64,000 nt of DNA from an uncultured Alphaproteobacteria bacterium (GCA_944389465.1 CALXML010000003.1:20369-84368), one strand, 5' to 3'. Counted from the first letter of the stretch, positions 18,134 through 26,611 are shown. Notes: generated by a model from the letters alone, not told the origin. Translations and numbers: made by a program.

Positions 18134-18787
18134 ATGAAATTGGAATCAAATGGAATTTTAATCGCACTGCAACCATTGGGTGAACGTGATTCTGTCGCCC
18201 GTATTTTTACTGCTGATTTTGGCGTTGTGTGTGGTATGATGCGCGCAGCACAAATTATGCGCAAAAACAGGCCCTTGGTTGGGCAAATCGGTACAGCCGT
18301 TTGGAATGCACGTTTGGATTCACAGTTGGGAACTTTCCATTGGGAATCTGAAAAAAATATCGCCGTTCCACTTATGACATCACGCGCAACATTGGCGTAT
18401 ATGAACAGTGCATTTGCATTAATCACAGCGTTATTGCCAGAACGCGAACAATACAAGATTTTATATGATAACACAGTTCGCCTGATGTATGAATTGGCCA
18501 ATGCCAATCCATATGATGCATATTTAAATTGGGAAATTTTATTATTGCGTGAATTGGGATATGCGCTGAATTTAAACGCCTGTTCTGGGTGTGGGGCACA
18601 TGATAATTTGGAATATTTGTCACCGCGCACTGGGCGCGCGGTTTGTGTAAATTGTGCCGCGCCTTATGTTGACAGGCTGTATAAATTGCCGTTAAACCTG
18701 AATATTACCCAACGATTTTTGGAACGTGCCTGTTTTGCCCAAGGAGCAAATTTACCACCCGCACGAAAAATGTTAACAATTGGATAA
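18134..18787 (+). CDS. recO: DNA repair protein RecO
   Basis: Start at MKLESNGILIALQPLGERDSVARIF (OB-fold N-terminus). C-terminal Zn motif CSGCG...CVNC. Confidence 0.8.
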   Translation: MKLESNGILIALQPLGERDSVARIFTADFGVVCGMMRAAQIMRKNRPLVGQIGTAVWNARLDSQLGTFHWESEKNIAVPLMTSRATLAYMNSAFALITALLPEREQYKILYDNTVRLMYELANANPYDAYLNWEILLLRELGYALNLNACSGCGAHDNLEYLSPRTGRAVCVNCAAPYVDRLYKLPLNLNITQRFLERACFAQGANLPPARKMLTIG

Positions 18788-18865
18788 ATTGTGTAATTTA
18801 TTCCTTGCACAATATAAATTTTTTGATTATCTTTTAATCAGTTCAACAGATAAAGGAGAAAAACT

Positions 18866-19699
18866 ATGACTTGGACAATCTTGGTTCTGGTGATTGGTAT
18901 TCTGTTGTTCCTGTTTGGTGGTATGTTGCTGCCAAAGGGCGATGAAAAGAAACCATCCGCTGGAAAAATCGTTGCAAAAAAATGCATCACTGTAATTGCT
19001 ATTATCCTGATTTCAGGCAGTATATGCCGTTTGTATATGCCATATTACCTGACCGCTGTTAATCCAGTAATCGTTCAGGAAATGGTCAACGGTATGCAGG
19101 AACAGCAACAGGCCGAAAAAAACAAACAAATTCGTAAATTTGTCCGTTCCGAAGGCGACAAAATGATGCGTGATGCCCCAGTTTTGGGTAATCGCGATGC
19201 GAAAAAGACAATTTATGTTTGGACAGACTTCTCTTGCCCATTCTGCCGTCGTGTACATGGTGAAATTGAACGCGTATTGGCCGACCGTGACGATACACGC
19301 GTAGTTATCAAGAATTTCTCTATCCACGGGCCATTGTCTGATGCACCGGCCAAGGCTGTGATTGCTGCAAAGTTGCAAGACCCAGCAAAGGCTGCTGAAT
19401 TGACAAATATGTTGATGACACGTGAATTTTACACCCAAGAAGATTTGCAAGACCAATCCACATTGGCGGACAAGGTTGAAGCAAACGTTATGAAAATGGC
19501 CAAAGAAGCCGGCTTGGATACTGAAAAGTTGAAAGAAGACATGAACGGCGATGTTGTTGCACGTGAAATGCGTGACGTTCGTGATTTGGCACAACGCTTT
19601 GAAATCAGCGGTACACCATTCTTAATCATTGGTGAACAGGCTTTTCCGGGCGCAATCCCAGCCGACCAAATAGAGGCTGCATTGGATGAAGCAAAATAA
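18866..19699 (+). CDS. Membrane-anchored DsbA-family thiol:disulfide oxidoreductase
   Basis: N-terminal TM helix; thioredoxin-fold active site FSCPFCRRVH; C-terminal ISGTPFLIIG. Confidence 0.8.
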   Translation: MTWTILVLVIGILLFLFGGMLLPKGDEKKPSAGKIVAKKCITVIAIILISGSICRLYMPYYLTAVNPVIVQEMVNGMQEQQQAEKNKQIRKFVRSEGDKMMRDAPVLGNRDAKKTIYVWTDFSCPFCRRVHGEIERVLADRDDTRVVIKNFSIHGPLSDAPAKAVIAAKLQDPAKAAELTNMLMTREFYTQEDLQDQSTLADKVEANVMKMAKEAGLDTEKLKEDMNGDVVAREMRDVRDLAQRFEISGTPFLIIGEQAFPGAIPADQIEAALDEAK

Positions 19700-19717
19700 A
19701 TTATTCATCTGATTTAT

Positions 19718-19749
19718 AAAAAAGTCCCACCAAATGGTGGGACTTTTTT
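19718..19749 (+). terminator. Intrinsic terminator
   Basis: GTCCCACC-aaat-GGTGGGAC followed by T6. Confidence 0.8.
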
Positions 19750-19785
19750 ATGGAAATATATATTTTTATAAAGTATAATTTTTGT

Positions 19786-19983
19786 CGTATCAGTGATATT
19801 GCTGATATGGGGTGTCGAAACCCGTCTAAACTGTCCGCGACGACATAAAACTATATCTCCAACTGTTTTGGTTGGAGGGTTGTGAATATACTGAATAAAC
19901 AACACTATGTTTAGATAGTTTCGAACCTCCAACCACCTTAAATTCGGTGGTTTTTTCATTCGCAATGAAAAAGGAGGTTTAGA
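19786..19983 (+). promoter_or_regulatory. Type-1 structured 5' leader, copy B (subtype I), upstream of P1b/P2b
   Basis: -10 TATAAT at 19774-19779. Helices: TATCAG/CTGATA, TCGAAAC/GTTTCGA, CTCCAAC/GTTGGAG, GTTGT/ACAAC, ACTAT/ATAGT. Terminator AACCACC/GGTGGTT plus T6 (19931-19956). Confidence 0.65.
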
Positions 19984-20400
19984 ATGAAAAAACATTTATT
20001 AATTGCCGGCCTGATTTGCGTGGCCACAATCCCATCGGCCGTGGCCGTGACCAAATGCGTAAAACTGTCATCTTCATCAACGTGTTCCAATTATGCGGGC
20101 GATGGGTCAAATTGGTCAATAACATGTGACGGAGTGCCTGTAAGCGGTGTTATATTTTGTGGCTCGCAGGATGGTGGTTCACGGGGTGCAACATCCACCG
20201 CTGTCGCAATCAGTTCAACCATTGAGGACAACAAATATTGCTGGTGTAAAATGACATCACCCGCAGTGTCGCAATGGGTCTTCGTCAACGAGTTAACGTC
20301 AGCCAGTCAATGCAAAACACTTTGCACATTCAACTGTGCGTATGGCACTCAATCCCAAGCATCTATGCGGTCTGCGATGTTCAGCAATCTGTCTGACTAA
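19984..20400 (+). CDS. P1-family small secreted Cys protein (copy b)
   Basis: MKKHLLIAGLICVATIPSAVA signal; NKYCWCKMTSPAVSQWV; C-terminal FSNLSD; RBS AAGGAGG. Confidence 0.8.
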   Translation: MKKHLLIAGLICVATIPSAVAVTKCVKLSSSSTCSNYAGDGSNWSITCDGVPVSGVIFCGSQDGGSRGATSTAVAISSTIEDNKYCWCKMTSPAVSQWVFVNELTSASQCKTLCTFNCAYGTQSQASMRSAMFSNLSD

Positions 20401-20414
20401 ACAGGGGGACGAAT

Positions 20415-20693
20415 ATGAAACAAATAATTGTTTTAATTATGGTGATTGCACCGATTGGCGTATTTGCCGCCGCACCGTCCACATCATGCCCATCGGGTTA
20501 TGTCGCAGTGGTGGAAGAATATATGACAATCGCGAACAGTTCGTGTCCCACCGGATATACATCCGTCGGCACGGCGGACAGTTGTTTGGTATCAAACCCA
20601 TCGGGTTCATGCATAATGTATGCGCCGACCGGTGTCAGTTATACGGATGCATCCGGTACATACGAATATACCGCCGCATGCGCAATGGAATAA
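20415..20693 (+). CDS. P2-family small secreted Cys protein (copy b)
   Basis: Signal peptide; TSCPSGYVAVVEEYMTIANSSCPTGYTSVGTADSCLVSNPSGSCIMYAP...YEYTAACAME; RBS GGGGGA. Confidence 0.8.
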   Translation: MKQIIVLIMVIAPIGVFAAAPSTSCPSGYVAVVEEYMTIANSSCPTGYTSVGTADSCLVSNPSGSCIMYAPTGVSYTDASGTYEYTAACAME

Positions 20694-20730
20694 ACGGCAA
20701 AGTTTGTCGGCAACCGACAATTATCAAAAT

Positions 20731-20758
20731 AAAAATCGCCCATGTGGGCGATTTTTTT
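20731..20758. terminator. Bidirectional terminator (P2b / rplI)
   Basis: A5-TCGCCCA-tg-TGGGCGA-T7. Confidence 0.75.
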
Positions 20759-20772
20759 AATGTTGCAAAATA

Positions 20773-21387
20773 TTATTCTGCATCAGCCGGTTTTTCAGCA
20801 ACTGATTCCTGTGCTGGTTCTGTATCGGTGGATACAGTTTCAGCAGCGTTTTCATTTGATTCCGCGGTTGCTTTCTCTTCAGCGGCCTTTTGTGCGCCAA
20901 ATGTTAAAACTTTGCCGGCAACCAAGGCGTCAATTTCATCCTGTGATTGTGCAACATAAATTTTAACTGGAACAATTACATCCGGATGCAATGCGATTTG
21001 TGTATCAAATACGCCAACAGATTTAATTGGTGCACCCAACATAACCTGTGCTGATTCAACATTAACATTGGCAACTTCTTTTAACATACGTGCAATGTCG
21101 CGTGTTGATACAGAACCATATAATTGACCGGTATCGCCAGCCTGACGAATCATATATAATTTTGCATTCTTAACCGCATCAACGTTGGATTCGGCTGCTT
21201 TGCGGGCGGCTTCTTGGCGGGCCTGTAATTCAGCCTTTTTCGCTTCAAACAATGCGATATTTTCGCGTGACCAACGCATGGCCTTGCCCATTGGTAACAG
21301 GTAATTACGTGCAAAACCTGTTTTTACATCAACTGTGTCACCAATGTTGCCCAGTTTTGTAATTTTTTCTGTTAAAATAACTTTCAT
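20773..21387 (-). CDS. rplI: 50S ribosomal protein L9 with an acidic C-terminal extension
   Basis: Start at MKVILTEKITKLGNIGDTVDVKTGFARNYLLP. Confidence 0.93.
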   Translation of the reverse strand: MKVILTEKITKLGNIGDTVDVKTGFARNYLLPMGKAMRWSRENIALFEAKKAELQARQEAARKAAESNVDAVKNAKLYMIRQAGDTGQLYGSVSTRDIARMLKEVANVNVESAQVMLGAPIKSVGVFDTQIALHPDVIVPVKIYVAQSQDEIDALVAGKVLTFGAQKAAEEKATAESNENAAETVSTDTEPAQESVAEKPADAE

Positions 21388-21536
21388 TTTATCTGTCCTT
21401 TGTTTCAAGTTAGGGTAAAACCCAAATATTAATGTGTATTGGATAATTATGTGGATAAATTGCGGGTGTTCATTTCAGTTTCAATGTGTGTTTTTGCATA
21501 CATATGAAACAGTGAACAATGCGCGTTGCCACAAAA

Positions 21537-21764
21537 CTAGCCCAAATTGTTGCGAACGAATGGCATCAATCCCAAATGGCGTGCGCGTTTAATTGCGGTT
21601 GCCAATTCACGCTGGTCTTTTTGTGAAACACCGCTGATGCGTGATGGAACGATTTTACCACGTTCTGTGATATAGTGGGACAATGTTTTGATGTCTTTAT
21701 AATCAATAACCTTGCCCTTTAATGGATTAGATTTTTTACGATAAATTGCTGCGCGAACTGCCAT
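21537..21764 (-). CDS. rpsR: 30S ribosomal protein S18
   Basis: ...[50 protein letters not shown]. Confidence 0.95.
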   Translation of the reverse strand: MAVRAAIYRKKSNPLKGKVIDYKDIKTLSHYITERGKIVPSRISGVSQKDQRELATAIKRARHLGLMPFVRNNLG

Positions 21765-22102
21765 TATTCTGCCTCCTCGGTGTTCTTTTTCATCATAATT
21801 GATGGTGTTGTGGATAATTCTTTGACGCGAACGTTCAAGTAACGGATAACGTCTTCGTCAATGCGGGCACGACGTTCCAGTTCCGCAATTTTATCGCCGG
21901 CCAATTCAATGTTCAACATAACATAGTGTGCCTTGCGATTTTTACGAATGACATAGGCCAGATTTTTCAATCCCCAAAATTCTGTGGATTTTACATCACC
22001 ACCCAGTTCACGGATAATTTCTGTGTATTTTGCCGCCTTTTCTTTTACCTGCGGTTCGGTTAAATCTTGGCGGAAAACCAAGACGCTTTCATAATAAGCC
22101 AT
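21764..22102 (-). CDS. rpsF: 30S ribosomal protein S6
   Basis: [21 protein letters not shown]...; its stop overlaps the rpsR start. Confidence 0.93.
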   Translation of the reverse strand: MAYYESVLVFRQDLTEPQVKEKAAKYTEIIRELGGDVKSTEFWGLKNLAYVIRKNRKAHYVMLNIELAGDKIAELERRARIDEDVIRYLNVRVKELSTTPSIMMKKNTEEAE

Positions 22103-22334
22103 ATTTATTTTTCCTTTGGTTTATACAGCCGACAACCCCATGCTGCCAGCAGGAATCCCACCAATTATGCCAATTTATTTAATAAAATCAAGTGTTTTTA
22201 TGCCTTGCAGTTTTTGTTCATAAATGCCCCATATTTATATCGGAATTTTTTAACAGTTATGTAAATACTAGCCCTTGACTTAAAATAATAAAATTTACTA
22301 ATATCATTATATAAGAAGACAAGAAGAGAGATAT

Positions 22335-23114
22335 ATGACAAACCAATTTCATCACGCATTAAATCGTATGGCGTTGTTTACGGCTTTATTAGTTGCCGGA
22401 TTGATTTTGTTTTATCAGCCTTTTTTGCGTGTGGCTGCGGCAAATGTTTTTCTGAATGGAATTATTATCGGTACAACAATATTTGGAATTGGGTTGTGCT
22501 TTGTGGAAATGTTTAAATTGTTGCCTGAATATAAGTGGGCGCGGGCTTATTTTGCAGGGCGTAAAAATGCGCCACTGCCACCGCGTTTGTTGCGGCCGGT
22601 GGCATTGATATTGCGGGCGCGTCCGATTCGCATATCTGCAACCACACTGAATGGGATGTTGGATATGATTTTAACACGATTTGAAGATTCACGTGAATCC
22701 ATTCGTTATATTACAAATACATTAATCTTTCTGGGGTTGTTGGGGACTTTCTGGGGATTGATTGTAACCGTTGGTGGGTTTGCTGATTTAATTGGTTCGC
22801 TGAATTTTGCGGATGAATCGGTTATGCAAACAATGCAGGCGGGATTGACACGCCCATTGTCCGGTATGTCCACGGCGTTTACCAGTTCGTTAATGGGATT
22901 GGCGGGCAGTTTGGCAATCGGATTTCTGGGGTTACAGGTTCAATTGGCACAAAATGGTATTTTCCGTGAACTGGAAGATTACCTGTCTGCGCATACCAGT
23001 GTTGCCGCAACAGATGCGGTTGCAACAGTATTGCCACAAATAAATAATGCAACATCAGAATTAAATAAAAGTGTGCGCGAATTAAAAGAAACGTTTTCTG
23101 AACTGGTCCAATAA
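22335..23114 (+). CDS. MotA/TolQ/ExbB-family proton-channel protein
   Basis: Multiple TM helices. Family motif TLIFLGLLGTFWGLI and ...MSTAFTSSLMGLAGSL. Confidence 0.7.
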   Translation: MTNQFHHALNRMALFTALLVAGLILFYQPFLRVAAANVFLNGIIIGTTIFGIGLCFVEMFKLLPEYKWARAYFAGRKNAPLPPRLLRPVALILRARPIRISATTLNGMLDMILTRFEDSRESIRYITNTLIFLGLLGTFWGLIVTVGGFADLIGSLNFADESVMQTMQAGLTRPLSGMSTAFTSSLMGLAGSLAIGFLGLQVQLAQNGIFRELEDYLSAHTSVAATDAVATVLPQINNATSELNKSVRELKETFSELVQ

Positions 23115-23138
23115 AATACAAAAGCAAGAGAGAGAAAA

Positions 23139-24251
23139 ATGTTAAACATTCGTTTCCGTGAAAAAACAAATACATGGCCCGCGTTTGTGGATTTGTTTTC
23201 AAATCTGGTAATAATACTTATCTTTTTGCTGATAGTGTTCGTGTTTTTGTGGACAACCACCAGTGTATTTAACAAGGATACAGGTGCAAAAACAGTTGCT
23301 GATTTGCGGCGGACTAATGAAGAGCAGGCACAAAAAATTGTTCAAATGACAGCTGACGAGGAAGAGGCCAAACGTCTGTTGATTTTGGCACGCAGTGAAT
23401 TAGAAAATCTGACCGCCAGTAATAATCAGTTGTCTGATGAATTACAGCAGGTTGATGTCAGTATGGATGAATTAATCGCTGAATACGAGGCCAAGGTTGC
23501 AGAACTACAGGCACAGGGAACTGATTTATCCGCACAGGTTGCTGATTTAACCAATCAATTAAATCAGGCAACATTGGATAAACAGCGTACGGCTGAATTG
23601 GAACAGGAACGCCGCGCATTACAGGAACAGATGGCGTCCCAGCGTGCATCTTTGGCGGAACAATTGAATAAATTACAGGCCGCGTTGGATGCTGCTGAAG
23701 AAGAGTCGCACCAAAAAGATATTCAATATGTTGAAATGTCAACACGTTTGAACAAGGCCTTGGCGGACAAGGTTGCAGAACTGAACAATGTTTCGCAATA
23801 TCAGTCTGAATTTTACAAGGGGATAAAAGATGCGCTGGGGGATGACAATTTTATTGAAACCATGGGTGACCGCTTTGTAATATCCAGTGACATTTTATTT
23901 GGCAGTGGTTCATATACCCTGTCGCCCGAGGGTAAAAATCAATTGCGCTTGATTGCCAATGTTATCAAGGGACTGGAAGATAAAATCCCAACAAACATAG
24001 ATTGGATTATTCGTGTTGATGGGCATACTGACCGGCAACAGGTTATCCGTGGAACGCGTGGATATTCCAACAATATGGAATTATCCCTGTTGCGTGCAAA
24101 TGCGGTTGTAAATGAATTGGTGGCAGATGGCGTGTCAAAGCGTCGCTTGGTCCCCAGTGGTTTTGGTGATTTACATCCCGTTGTATTGGGTACTGATGCG
24201 GCTAGTTTGCAACAAAACAGACGCATAGAATTACAATTAACAAACAGATAA
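23139..24251 (+). CDS. TM + long coiled-coil + OmpA/MotB-like peptidoglycan-binding protein
   Basis: N-terminal TM helix (FVDLFSNLVIILIFLLIVFVFLW). About 170 aa is heptad-rich and Q/E/L-rich. The C-terminal OmpA-like domain reads ...GHTDRQQV...NMELSLLRANAVVNELV...NRRIELQL. Confidence 0.7.
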   Translation: MLNIRFREKTNTWPAFVDLFSNLVIILIFLLIVFVFLWTTTSVFNKDTGAKTVADLRRTNEEQAQKIVQMTADEEEAKRLLILARSELENLTASNNQLSDELQQVDVSMDELIAEYEAKVAELQAQGTDLSAQVADLTNQLNQATLDKQRTAELEQERRALQEQMASQRASLAEQLNKLQAALDAAEEESHQKDIQYVEMSTRLNKALADKVAELNNVSQYQSEFYKGIKDALGDDNFIETMGDRFVISSDILFGSGSYTLSPEGKNQLRLIANVIKGLEDKIPTNIDWIIRVDGHTDRQQVIRGTRGYSNNMELSLLRANAVVNELVADGVSKRRLVPSGFGDLHPVVLGTDAASLQQNRRIELQLTNR

Positions 24252-24276
24252 AAAGCGGGGCGTTGCCCCGTTTTTT
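24252..24276. terminator. Bidirectional terminator (CGGGGC family)
   Basis: AAAAG-CGGGGC-gtt-GCCCCG-T6. Confidence 0.8.
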
Positions 24277-24802
24277 ATGATTGATAGTAACAGTTACTGT
24301 CATATACGCCGGAACCGGTGCTGTCTGAAAAGGATGTGCCCGCCGGTATATAACATGTTGTTATACTAAAACTGCCGGTGGTGGCCGTGGTTGCGGCGGA
24401 ATGGCCTGTTGCCGTGGCACAACTGGTGCATTTGCCTGAAAGGCTATTAAGGCTGTAATATCCCTTGTCGCAGGAATATTGACATGTGGCAAGTGTCCCA
24501 CTTTTTACGCATCGTACTGTGTAATGGCCGGATTCGCTGTGGGTCGGTGTTGTGCTGGGGCAGGCGGACGGGCAACTGGGGCCCCCACCGCCAGTGCTTT
24601 GACAAGTGCATACTGCGGTTGGGGTTTGGCCACTGGGGCATGTCAGTCCACTGCAGTTACATGTTTTACATGACCCGTCCGGATTATATGTCGCGCACGG
24701 ATATGGTGGCGTGCATAGAACAGAAGGATAGGTTATTGCATCGGCCGGCATTGTTTGTATAAGAACCGCTGTCAGTGCGGTAATAATTGTTATTGGTTTC
24801 AT
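24275..24802 (-). CDS. Secreted cysteine-rich protein with a C-terminal GYY...CxxC...CYIP...CYY module
   Basis: Signal peptide MKPITIITALTAVLIQTMPADA; RBS GGGGA; C-terminus CDKGYYSLNSLSGKCTSC...TTCYIPAGTSFSDSTGSGVYDSNCYYQS. Confidence 0.75.
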   Translation of the reverse strand: MKPITIITALTAVLIQTMPADAITYPSVLCTPPYPCATYNPDGSCKTCNCSGLTCPSGQTPTAVCTCQSTGGGGPSCPSACPSTTPTHSESGHYTVRCVKSGTLATCQYSCDKGYYSLNSLSGKCTSCATATGHSAATTATTGSFSITTCYIPAGTSFSDSTGSGVYDSNCYYQS

Positions 24803-25182
24803 GATTTTTATTCCCCATGGTTTAATATGTTAAACCGCCCGTCGTAAATTTTTTACGACAAGCAAAAACCGCCATCATCGGGCGGTCGGGAATTTGAAAA
24901 ATCATAAGCAAAAATGACCCTGCGGCTTTCAATATATAACCGCAGATTCCCGACCTTTTACAAAAGTCGGGTGGATAAAGCATACGGCAATCAATGGCCA
25001 TGTGGCTTTATCATGGATATGTCAGTGCGGTTGCGCACTGTTTGCTTATGGGATTTTCAAGTCCCTGAATCCAACGTCCCCGTTGATTCATATTTAAGTA
25101 TAGTTTATGTTGGTTATAAAAACAATAAAAACATTGTGTGACCGCATTTGTTAGCCGTGCGGCACGGCTGGTTACCCCCCCT

Positions 25183-25288
25183 GTCATTGCGAGGGAGGGC
25201 GTACGCCCGACCGTGGCAATCCATAAAATGCATTTGCTGACGCAAATAAGTTTATAATAACTGGATTGCTTCGCTTTGCTCGCAATGA
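25183..25288. repeat. Long imperfect palindrome (nested inverted repeats), REP/MITE-like
   Basis: GTCATTGCGAG (25183-25193) pairs with CTCGCAATGA (25279-25288). The inner GGCAATCC (25215-25222) pairs with GGATTGC (25263-25269). It encloses a GGGCGTACGCCC hairpin. Confidence 0.6.
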
Positions 25289-25417
25289 ATCCGAGTATGT
25301 GAAAACAAGCGACAGCGCAGTTTGAACAAGTACCGAGGATACGCACAGGGTACGCAGTACCCGAGCGACACATGCATAAAAAGAATCACGAATTACGAGT
25401 AACGAGTTATCAGTAAC

Positions 25418-25441
25418 AAAAACGGGGCGATGCCCCGTTTT
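25418..25441 (-). terminator. pgk terminator (CGGGGC family)
   Basis: CGGGGC-gat-GCCCCG flanked by an A-run and a T-run, immediately 3' of the pgk stop. Confidence 0.8.
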
Positions 25442-26611
25442 TTATTTGTCCGCCAATATTTCAATGCCGGGCAGGGTGCGGCCCTCTATATATTCCAGAA
25501 ATGCGCCGCCGCCGGTTGATACGTATGTAATGTCATCTTTGACCCCACAGGCCTGCAGTGCGGCAACGGTGTCGCCGCCACCAACAATACTGTCCAATTT
25601 GCCCGCACGGGTTTGTTCGGCAATTGTTTTTGCAATGGCAAATGAACCGTATGACCATGTCGGTTGCCATTCCGCCATGCCGACCGTGCCGTTCCAGATT
25701 ACTGTCGCCGCGTGACGAATTGCGTCGGTGTCGCGTTCGGTTGTGGCAATGCCGGCATCAATGATAATATCATCATTCTCAATTTCGGTGAAATCTTTGT
25801 TGGTGCGGGTGGCGGTTGGGGTAAATTCCTTGGCAACGCCCTTGTCCAATGGTAACAGAACTTCGCAATTATTTTGTTTTGCGTATTCCAAAATTTCCAG
25901 TGCGGTGTCTTTCTGGTCTGCTTCGTATAATGAATTGCCGACACGGCCGCCCATTGCATAGTTAAATGTTGTGCCCAATGCGCCACCGATAATTAATTTG
26001 TCGGACAGTTTGGCCAAGGCCTTTAACACACCGATTTTGGTGGAAACTTTACTGCCCGCGACAATTGATAATAACGGGCGTTTCGGGTTTTCCATAACCG
26101 CGGACAGGTGTTCTATTTCAGATGCCAGCAATTTTCCCGCATATGATGGCAGTATTTCTGCAACGCCAACGGTACTGGCGTGGGCGCGGTGTGATACGGC
26201 GAATGCGTCATTTACAAAAATGTCAAATCCGTCGGCCAATTTTTTTGCAAAATCTGGGTCGTTTTGTTCTTCACCTGCATAAAAGCGCACATTTTCCAGC
26301 AAAACAACATCACCGTCATTCATATTTTGCATAAAATCCCTGTCCAGACAGTCGGCAATTAATGGAATTTTCATATATTCTGCAACTGGGGCCAATGTGT
26401 AATCCATATTGCGCGTGCCACGTGGGCGGCCCAAATGTGCACAAATCGCAATGCGTGCACCACCCGCGCGCAGTGCGTTAATTGTTGGCATACTTTGTTC
26501 AATGCGAAATGCGTCGGTAATGCGTCCGTCAACGATTTGTACGTTAAAATCGTCGCGCAGTAAAACATATTTGCCGCGCACATCCAGATTATCAATCGTG
26601 CGAAGTTTCAT
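25442..26611 (-). CDS. pgk: Phosphoglycerate kinase
   Basis: 389 aa. Has ...LLRDDFNVQ..., ...FVNDAFAVSHRAHAS..., ...STGGGAFLEY... Confidence 0.95.
   Translation of the reverse strand: MKLRTIDNLDVRGKYVLLRDDFNVQIVDGRITDAFRIEQSMPTINALRAGGARIAICAHLGRPRGTRNMDYTLAPVAEYMKIPLIADCLDRDFMQNMNDGDVVLLENVRFYAGEEQNDPDFAKKLADGFDIFVNDAFAVSHRAHASTVGVAEILPSYAGKLLASEIEHLSAVMENPKRPLLSIVAGSKVSTKIGVLKALAKLSDKLIIGGALGTTFNYAMGGRVGNSLYEADQKDTALEILEYAKQNNCEVLLPLDKGVAKEFTPTATRTNKDFTEIENDDIIIDAGIATTERDTDAIRHAATVIWNGTVGMAEWQPTWSYGSFAIAKTIAEQTRAGKLDSIVGGGDTVAALQACGVKDDITYVSTGGGAFLEYIEGRTLPGIEILADK

Noticed and set aside
19786-19860. Leader-peptide attenuation in the type-1 leader (conserved ATG(T)GG(G)GTGT near the 5' end; copies B and C would encode M(G/W)C(R/H)NPSK...)
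   Set aside because: The putative peptides differ in frame and length (13 to ~44 aa) among the five copies and have no RBS. The differing codons coincide with the compensatory changes of the long-range helix, so RNA pairing explains the conservation better.
22335-24251. Zorya-type (ZorAB) anti-phage system
   Set aside because: The architecture is inverted: the MotA-like protein is short, and the coiled coil is on the MotB/OmpA-like partner rather than on a long ZorA tail. No ZorC/D/E-like genes are adjacent, and the pair sits among ribosomal and glycolytic genes.
25011-25373. 120-aa minus-strand ORF in the pgk / Cys-rich gene intergenic region
   Set aside because: It runs through the nested palindrome and hairpins. 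It has no RBS and no sensible composition, and its sequence is explained by the inverted repeat.
24803-25441. tmRNA, RNase P RNA or 6S RNA hidden in the long intergenic region
   Set aside because: I could find no tag-peptide reading frame ending in a typical ...AA stop, no GAGGAAAGUCCGGGC-like RNase P CR-I, and no tRNA-like terminus. The structure is better explained by a palindromic repeat plus leader hairpins.
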